Both the position numbers and the translations under genes were made by a program. A stretch of 32,000 bases of DNA from Clostridium sporogenes (lineage in GTDB: Bacteria; Bacillota; Clostridia; Clostridiales; Clostridiaceae). Location of the stretch: the NCBI RefSeq assembly GCF_001020205.1, contig NZ_CP011663.1:85209-117208 (forward strand), given 5' to 3'. Numbering within the stretch: position 1 is the stretch's first letter; each line of letters begins with the position of its first letter. Under the pieces are notes generated by a model. That model saw only the letters and a program-made list of their open reading frames with translations, did not search any database and was not told where the DNA came from. This document shows positions 26,173-32,000 of the stretch, piece by piece.

Positions 26173-26868
26173 TTGTTAACAGTTAAAGATATAGAAAAAA
26201 CTTATAATACAGGAGAAATAAGTTTTAAAGCTTTAAAGGGAATATCTTTAAAAATAGAAAAAGGAGAATTTACATCTATAATGGGTCCATCGGGTTCTGG
26301 TAAATCTACATTCATGAATATATTAGGATGTCTAGATAAAATGGACAAGGGTGAATACATATTAAATGGTAAAGATGTAACGGATTTAACAGAAAACGAT
26401 CTAGCTTATGTCAGAAATAAGGAAATAGGGTTTGTTTTCCAGGCATTTAATTTATTACCTAGAATGACAATATTAGATAACGTAGAATTACCAATGGTTT
26501 ATGCTGGAGTACCATTAAAAGAAAGAAAAGAGCGTGCATTAAGTGCTTTAGAGAGAGTGGGACTTATAGAGAGAATAAATCATAGACCTAATGAAATATC
26601 TGGTGGTCAAAAACAAAGGGTTGCTATAGCTAGAGCTATAGTAAATAATCCATCTGTTATAATGGCCGATGAACCTACAGGAAATTTAGATACAAAGTCA
26701 TCATTAGATATAATGAGAATTTTTCAAAATTTAAATTATGAGGGATCTACTATAATAATGGTAACTCATGAACCTGATATTGCTAAATACACTAAAAGAG
26801 TAGTTAAATTTAGAGATGGCCATATAGTATCAGATGAAAAAGTTTTAAATAGGGAGATAGTAGAATGA
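26173..26868 (+). CDS. ABC transporter ATP-binding protein (MacB/LolD-type)
   Basis: Contains Walker A (GPSGSGKST), the signature LSGGQ-like ISGGQKQR and Walker B (IMADEPT). TTG start after AGGTGA. Confidence 0.93.
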   Translation: MLTVKDIEKTYNTGEISFKALKGISLKIEKGEFTSIMGPSGSGKSTFMNILGCLDKMDKGEYILNGKDVTDLTENDLAYVRNKEIGFVFQAFNLLPRMTILDNVELPMVYAGVPLKERKERALSALERVGLIERINHRPNEISGGQKQRVAIARAIVNNPSVIMADEPTGNLDTKSSLDIMRIFQNLNYEGSTIIMVTHEPDIAKYTKRVVKFRDGHIVSDEKVLNREIVE

Positions 26869-28073
26869 AATTTTTAGAAAATTTGAAAATGGCTTTAGAT
26901 AGCATAAAATCAAATAAAATGCGATCTTTTTTAACTATGCTAGGCATTATTATAGGAATAAGTTCTGTTATAACCATAGTATCTTTAGGTAAAGGTGGAC
27001 AAAATACCATAACTGGTGAATTTGAAAAAATAGGATCTGCTACAGTAAGTATAAAAGTAGATCAATCAAAGGCAAGTAACAATGATTATATAAATCAGGA
27101 AGATGCTGATATAATAAAGAATAAAATAGAAAAGGTTAAATATGTTGCACCAATAGTTTCAAGAGATGGCTTTGTAACAGAAGGAACCAAAAATAAAAAA
27201 TTATATATAGATGGTTCAACTCCAGATGTACAGTATGTTACTAATGCTGAAATGGTTTATGGAAGATTTTTTAATGAGGGAGAATATATAGAAGGTAAAC
27301 CTGTAGTTATAATAGATGAAAGATCGGCAAAAAATATTTTTGGAACAGAGGATGTAGTTGGAAGGAAACTAAAAATAAATGCTAAAACATCTAGTAAACA
27401 GGCTACTATTATAGGGGTCAGTAAATCAGAGTCAGGACCTTTTTCTGGGGGCGGTGAGGATAGTCCTATATTTTTAACGTGTCCTATAAATTTTTTAAAA
27501 GATTTATATCCCGAGGATTTTACTATAGGTAGTCTATATATTATAGCCACAAATAAAAATGATACGGAAGAAGCTGGAGTTATGGCTAAAAATATATTAG
27601 AGAATAGACATCATAATAAAGGAAAAGATATGTATAAAGTTGAAAACATGTTAAAACAATTAGATGAAGTAAATAAAGTTATAGGAATATTTACTACATT
27701 TATTGGAGCAGTAGCAGCTATATCCTTATTAGTTGGGGGTATAGGAGTCATGAATATAATGTTAGTATCCGTTACAGAAAGAACTAGAGAAATAGGGATA
27801 AGAAAAGCATTAGGTGCTACTACTAAGAATATATTGATACAGTTTTTAACGGAATCTGTAATAATATCCTTAATAGGTGGGCTTATAGGAATGATACTAG
27901 GTATAGTATTTGCAGAAATTATAGGAAAGTTTATAAAGATATCTCCATCAGTATCTATAGCAGCTATACTCATAGCTATATTATTTTCTTCTTCTGTAGG
28001 AATATTTTTTGGTATATACCCAGCCAAAAAAGCAGCAAAGCTAAATCCAATAGATGCATTAAGATATGAATAA
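26865..28073 (+). CDS. ABC transporter permease (MacB/FtsX family with large extracytoplasmic domain)
   Basis: It has a MacB_PCD-like N-terminal loop and the FtsX motif (ERTREIGIRKALGA). ATGA start/stop overlap with the ATPase gene. Confidence 0.92.
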   Translation: MKFLENLKMALDSIKSNKMRSFLTMLGIIIGISSVITIVSLGKGGQNTITGEFEKIGSATVSIKVDQSKASNNDYINQEDADIIKNKIEKVKYVAPIVSRDGFVTEGTKNKKLYIDGSTPDVQYVTNAEMVYGRFFNEGEYIEGKPVVIIDERSAKNIFGTEDVVGRKLKINAKTSSKQATIIGVSKSESGPFSGGGEDSPIFLTCPINFLKDLYPEDFTIGSLYIIATNKNDTEEAGVMAKNILENRHHNKGKDMYKVENMLKQLDEVNKVIGIFTTFIGAVAAISLLVGGIGVMNIMLVSVTERTREIGIRKALGATTKNILIQFLTESVIISLIGGLIGMILGIVFAEIIGKFIKISPSVSIAAILIAILFSSSVGIFFGIYPAKKAAKLNPIDALRYE

Positions 28074-28085
28074 AGTTTAGGGCAT

Positions 28086-28113
28086 TTGCTTATAACTTTA
28101 TAAGTGATATAAT
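28086..28113 (+). promoter_or_regulatory. Extended -10 promoter (TTGCTT-16-TGaTATAAT) placing +1 at about 28120
   Basis: TG at 28105-28106, TATAAT at 28108-28113 and TTGCTT at 28086-28091. The predicted start coincides with the first base of leader copy 2. Confidence 0.5.
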
Positions 28114-28119
28114 TACACT

Positions 28120-28254
28120 ATAAACAGAGTTCTTGGCTTCAGAGGGAGTTTTTACTCCCACTAAAGCTTAGAAATCGTTATCCAGGGACGTACCCGCTCT
28201 TTACTCCCACTTTGAAGAAGATGGGAGTATTAGAGCGGGTAGTCATCGGATAAA
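28120..28254 (+). ncRNA. Unclassified structured 5' leader, copy 2 of 2
   Basis: It is 132/135 identical to 16550-16684 in the same orientation and ends 31 nt before the Mrp start codon. Confidence 0.7.
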
Positions 28255-28285
28255 TTTACTTTCAAATATATAGGAGGTTTTTTTA

Positions 28286-29128
28286 ATGACTAATTGTGAT
28301 AGCTGTGCTAGTAAAGGAACATGCAACAGTGAGGAAAGCTGTTCCAAGGAAACTTTTAAATATGGGAATGCAAAAAATATTATAGGTGTAATTAGTGGAA
28401 AAGGTGGAGTAGGAAAATCAACAATAACAGGAATATTAGCTACTAAATTAAGAGAAGAAGGCTATAAAGTAGGGGTGTTAGATGGGGATATAACAGGACC
28501 ATCTATGCCAAGATTTTTTGGTATTAGTGATAAGAGAGCAGCTATAATTCCAACAGGAGAAAAGGAAGAAGTTAAAATAATACCTGTAGAAACTAAAACA
28601 GGAATAAAAGTAATGTCTTTAAATTTATTAACAGAACAAGAAGAAGCTCCTGTTATATGGAGAGGACCTGTAATAACCGGAGTTTTGACTCAAATGTATA
28701 CTGACACTGAGTGGGGTGAACTAGATTACTTACTTATAGATATGCCTCCGGGAACTGGTGATATAGCATTAACCGTAATGCAAAGTTTACCTGTTACAAA
28801 GATGGTGGTTGTTTCTACACCTCAAGATATGGTTTCTATGATAGTTAAGAAAGTAGTTATAATGATAGAAAAAATGGGAATAGATGTTCTAGGAGTAGTA
28901 GAAAACATGTCTTACATAAAATGTGGAAGCTGCGGAGAAAAGCTAAATGTATTTAGTAAAAAATCAGCAAAAGAACAAGCAGATTATTTAAATATACCAC
29001 TAATAGCAGATATGGCCATAAATCTTGATTTATCTGAAAAGATGGAAAAGGGAGAAGTAGAGGCGTTTATTACAAATAATAAAGAATATACTCAGTTATA
29101 TAACAACTTTAAGAATTTATATAAATAA
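28286..29128 (+). CDS. mrp: Mrp/NBP35/ApbC-family P-loop ATPase (Fe-S cluster carrier) with Cys-rich N-terminus
   Basis: Contains the deviant Walker A (SGKGGVGKST), DMPPGTGD and the C-terminal CGSCG motif. The N-terminal extension is CDSCASKGTCNSEESC. Confidence 0.92.
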   Translation: MTNCDSCASKGTCNSEESCSKETFKYGNAKNIIGVISGKGGVGKSTITGILATKLREEGYKVGVLDGDITGPSMPRFFGISDKRAAIIPTGEKEEVKIIPVETKTGIKVMSLNLLTEQEEAPVIWRGPVITGVLTQMYTDTEWGELDYLLIDMPPGTGDIALTVMQSLPVTKMVVVSTPQDMVSMIVKKVVIMIEKMGIDVLGVVENMSYIKCGSCGEKLNVFSKKSAKEQADYLNIPLIADMAINLDLSEKMEKGEVEAFITNNKEYTQLYNNFKNLYK

Positions 29129-29133
29129 TAATG

Positions 29134-29161
29134 AGGCTTCAATGAATATTCATTGAAGCCT
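29134..29161 (+). terminator. Hairpin after mrp (weak T-tract)
   Basis: Perfect palindrome AGGCTTCAATGAATATTCATTGAAGCCT. Confidence 0.5.
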
Positions 29162-29264
29162 TATTAATTATATTTAAAATATAATTATATTATTTTAGGA
29201 ATAAAAAAACTATAAAAGTTCAATATAATTGTATAGGAATTTATATGGAAAGGAGAGTTTTGGG

Positions 29265-29456
29265 ATGAAGATAGAAATTGATAAGGATAAATGTATAGGA
29301 TGTGGTCTATGCCGAGATATAGGAGATGGATTATTTAAAATAGGGGAAGATGGTAAGGCAGAATCAACAATAGATCCAGTACCAATTATGAAAGAGCAAT
29401 ATGGTAAAGAAGGAGAATACGTTTGCCCTGTCAATGCTATAAGAACTATAATATAG
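29265..29456 (+). CDS. Small single-cluster ferredoxin (CxxCxxC...CP type)
   Basis: MKIEIDKDKCIGCGLC ... YVCPVNAI. The start is moved to ATG 29265, 7 nt after GGAAAGGAGAG. Confidence 0.8.
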   Translation: MKIEIDKDKCIGCGLCRDIGDGLFKIGEDGKAESTIDPVPIMKEQYGKEGEYVCPVNAIRTII

Positions 29457-29503
29457 ATGTATTTATTGTATTACTATTGAATAAAATCAATATATTCGAT
29501 AGA

Positions 29504-29532
29504 TTTACTAAATTTGCAATATTTGGTATAAT
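29504..29532 (+). promoter_or_regulatory. Orphan extended -10 promoter (TTTACT-17-TGgTATAAT)
   Basis: TTTACT at 29504-29509, TG at 29524-29525 and TATAAT at 29527-29532. No + strand ORF follows for about 600 nt. Confidence 0.4.
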
Positions 29533-29886
29533 GAATGTGTTAATAAAGTTATGCATGATTTTAGTGAAATTTTAACAAAGTTTAAGTTTTATAAAGATGT
29601 GTAAAATCTTAAAGGAATCAATAGTTATGGATTTTTAATATATAACTATTGATATAGCTTTTTAGTAATAGGACAAGTTGTATAAAATATGTATTTATTT
29701 CATTATAATTTGGAACTGTATTAATATAGCTTGTCTTATAAGATATATTATGGTAGGACATAAATATATATCCTACTCAAATAGTTTTTATATTTAAATA
29801 TAATTATTCCATACTAATATTAAGTATAAAGTGAAATATATAGGTAATATAGATATAAAGTAAGAAAATTATACACTTAAAAATTA

Positions 29887-30063
29887 TTAGAAAAAATTTA
29901 TAATTTTATTATAAGGTGTTTGCTCTGTACACGGGTTTATATTTATTTTGTCACCTATTTTAGCATTGTCTTCAATGTCTTCAATAGCTACAGCTAAACT
30001 TAAACCATTGCTAAATTCAACTATAATGTTGTTTTCATTTATGTCTATAATTTCACCTAACAT
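29887..30063 (-). CDS. Small DUF3006-like protein (58 aa; below the ORF-track cut-off)
   Basis: My translation is MLGEIIDINENNIIVEFSNGLSLAVAIEDIEDNAKIGDKININPCTEQTPYNKIINFF. AAAGGAGGTG lies 6 nt upstream of the ATG. The pattern (I.D.....I.VEF.....L.....I.....K.GD.I) resembles DUF3006 proteins. Confidence 0.6.
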   Translation of the reverse strand: MLGEIIDINENNIIVEFSNGLSLAVAIEDIEDNAKIGDKININPCTEQTPYNKIINFF

Positions 30064-30140
30064 AGTAGCACCTCCTTTATATATTTTTTTATAAAAGACA
30101 TATATTATTCATTAATTAAATAAATTAATTGGGGGTTAAT

Positions 30141-31211
30141 ATGTTATATGTTTTTATAATTGCATTATTTTTAATTATGATAATATATGAAAATATCATA
30201 ATAATTAATCTAAGAAAAGATATAAAAAAATTAGAATATTCTAAGAACATGATGTATAATATGACAAAAAATATTAATAAACAAAAGACAATAGACAAAG
30301 TATATGAAATAATGTTAAAAACAGCTATAGATATAATACCAAAAGCAACTCAAGGCAGTATTTTGATAATGGACAAGGAAGAAAATTTTAATTATACAGC
30401 AATAATAGGATATGATTATAAGTTAAAAAATATAAAGCTAAATAAAAAAGAAGTTTATTTATATAAAATAAATGGATTTAAGGAAGCGGCTATAATTGAA
30501 AATCCTATAAAATTAGATGAAAAAATTTTAAACAAAGAAAAAATAAACAAATTTAGACAATTGGAAGCATTAAATATAAGTTGTATAATTTCGGCCCCAA
30601 TATATATAGATAATAAATTATTTGGACAAATTAATATAGATTGTACAAAGGAAAATTATAAATTTAAAAAAGAAGATTTAGAGTTAATGGACCATATAAA
30701 AGATGAATTACAATTAATAATAAAATCTTTTATGGTAAAAGAAGAGTTAATACATAAAGCTAATTATGATGAATTGACAAAAATTTTTAATAGAAGATAT
30801 TTTAATGAAATAATGAAAAATGAAATAAAAGAAAGTAATAAGACTTTAGTATTAATTGATATTGACAATTTTAAAACTATAAATGATGTTTATGGACATA
30901 ATACTGGAGATTTCATTTTAAGAGTTTTTGCTAGCTTAATAAAAACATATTTAAGAGAGAAAGATTTATTTTTTAGATTTGGAGGAGATGAATTTATAGT
31001 ATTATTTAATGATTTAGATGATAAAAGCGTTATAAATTTTATGGAGAATATTAGAGAAAAAATTAATAAAGATAAAATTAAGGGAATACATGTGGATTTT
31101 AGCTATGGTATAGGTAAGTTTAAAAATTATAGTATGGAAAATTATGAGGATATAATAAATTTAGCTGATAAAAATATGTATATTAATAAGAATAAGAAAA
31201 TTATAGTATAA
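30141..31211 (+). CDS. Diguanylate cyclase: N-terminal TM segment, GAF domain, GGDEF domain
   Basis: Contains an intact RFGGDEF active site and an RxxD I-site (REKD) five residues upstream. D.DNFK.IND..GH..GD is present. The start is moved to ATG 30141, which follows TTGGGGG. Confidence 0.9.
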   Translation: MLYVFIIALFLIMIIYENIIIINLRKDIKKLEYSKNMMYNMTKNINKQKTIDKVYEIMLKTAIDIIPKATQGSILIMDKEENFNYTAIIGYDYKLKNIKLNKKEVYLYKINGFKEAAIIENPIKLDEKILNKEKINKFRQLEALNISCIISAPIYIDNKLFGQINIDCTKENYKFKKEDLELMDHIKDELQLIIKSFMVKEELIHKANYDELTKIFNRRYFNEIMKNEIKESNKTLVLIDIDNFKTINDVYGHNTGDFILRVFASLIKTYLREKDLFFRFGGDEFIVLFNDLDDKSVINFMENIREKINKDKIKGIHVDFSYGIGKFKNYSMENYEDIINLADKNMYINKNKKIIV

Positions 31212-31267
31212 AAATAGTAACCTGTTAAATTTAATAGCATATATTCATAGATATAGAGGTGAATATA

Positions 31268-31996
31268 TTGGATAGAAAACAGGTGATATTTAGAATATTT
31301 TTATCTATAGTAGTGGGTGGAGCTATAGGATTTGAAAGAGAAAGAAAAAATCGACCAGCAGGATTTAGAACTCATATATTAGTTTGTATAGGGGCTTGCA
31401 TAGCCGTAATGATACAATTATATATAGTACAATATATGAAAGAAATGATACGGATAGATGGGGAGCTTAGGTATTTATTAAGTGCAGATATATCTAGAAT
31501 GGCATCTCAAGTTATTACAGGTGTAGGATTTTTAGGGGCTGGTACCATTATAAGAGATAAGGGTTCAGTAAAAGGATTAACAACGGCAGCAAGTATTTGG
31601 GTAGTTGCTTGTATAGGAATTTCAGTAGGATTAGGGTTTTATTTTTTAAGTTTAGTAGGTTTTTTAGGTTTAATAATATCCTTAATTGTTTTTGAAAACA
31701 TAGAAAGTTCAGTAATTGACAAAAACAAAGAATATAATATTATCATAGAATATTTACCTAAGAATAATGTAATGGAATATATTATAGGTGAATTACTAAA
31801 AAATCAAATAACAATAAAAAGTATAAGAATTTTTCACAAAAATATTAATGAAGATGAAATAATAAAAATAAAACTAATTATAAGTACAAAAAACAGATTG
31901 AATTTTTTATCTGTAATACAAAATTTACAAAGTAATAAAAATATATATGATATAAATATATTAAAAATTAATAGAATGAAAAATAGAATATTATGA
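31268..31996 (+). CDS. mgtC: MgtC/SapB-family membrane protein with C-terminal ACT-like domain
   Basis: IGFERE.....AGFRTH.LV..GA ... GLTTAAS.W is the MgtC signature. TTG 31268 lies 8 nt after AGAGG; GTG 31259 is an alternative start. Confidence 0.85.
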   Translation: MDRKQVIFRIFLSIVVGGAIGFERERKNRPAGFRTHILVCIGACIAVMIQLYIVQYMKEMIRIDGELRYLLSADISRMASQVITGVGFLGAGTIIRDKGSVKGLTTAASIWVVACIGISVGLGFYFLSLVGFLGLIISLIVFENIESSVIDKNKEYNIIIEYLPKNNVMEYIIGELLKNQITIKSIRIFHKNINEDEIIKIKLIISTKNRLNFLSVIQNLQSNKNIYDINILKINRMKNRIL

Positions 31997-32000
31997 TGGA

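Noticed and set aside
404-28027. The many other 60-140-aa track ORFs lying antisense to or out of frame with larger genes. These are 404-634, 1614-1823, 1941-2123, 2956-3153, 3297-3536, 4109-4381, 4631-4813, 5855-6046, 6764-7111, 7511-7696, 9084-9311, 11068-11427, 12442-12723, 15472-15894, 16793-16999, 19336-19614, 19748-19951, 20749-20970, 21569-21931, 22003-22326, 22238-22510, 24709-24966, 25052-25270, 25451-25768, 26810-27010, 27257-27550, 27611-28027 and 29210-29434.
   Set aside because: Each overlaps a longer ORF with clear family signatures. None has a convincing RBS, and their Ile/Leu/Phe/Ser-rich sequences look like shadow translations.
1-32000. CRISPR arrays, tRNA or rRNA genes, transposases, integrases, prophage or defence-island content.
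   Set aside because: I found no repeat-spacer periodicity, no cloverleaf-like GC-rich segments and no recombinase-like ORFs. The only GC-enriched non-coding blocks are the T-box leader and the two copies of the 135-nt leader.

Overview
This is a very AT-rich, Clostridium-like (class Clostridia) chromosomal segment, with almost all genes on the + strand. The backbone follows the origin-proximal housekeeping block known from Bacillus subtilis: yaaT, yabB-like methyltransferase, rsmI, abrB, metS/metG, yabD/tatD, yabE, rnmV, ksgA/rsmA. Several lineage-specific genes are interleaved:
- a clostridial 2x[4Fe-4S] ferredoxin (not in the ORF track) and an NlpC/P60 hydrolase;
- a DUF1836 gene, a solitary arcA, ispF and a polysaccharide deacetylase;
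- spmA/spmB, a MATE exporter, a family-4 UDG and a MarR regulator;
- a DUF445 membrane protein and three uncharacterised genes downstream of rsmA;
- a MacAB-type ABC exporter, an Mrp/ApbC ATPase with a small ferredoxin, a GAF-GGDEF cyclase and mgtC.

I found no rRNA, tRNA, CRISPR or mobile element. One clear T-box leader precedes metG.

The most interesting signals are non-coding:
1. A 135-nt structured leader occurs twice, 132/135 identical and 11.57 kb apart. Each copy starts at a predicted +1 in front of an unrelated gene (DUF445 and Mrp), and I cannot assign it to any known RNA family.
2. Two tight clusters of consensus DnaA boxes lie in long AT-rich intergenic regions far from any dnaA/dnaN gene.
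3. The abrB control region has tandem promoters and Spo0A (0A) boxes.
4. Several unlisted small ORFs and orphan signals are present.

All calls come from reading the sequence and ORF track by eye, with no database search, so motif scans are not exhaustive.
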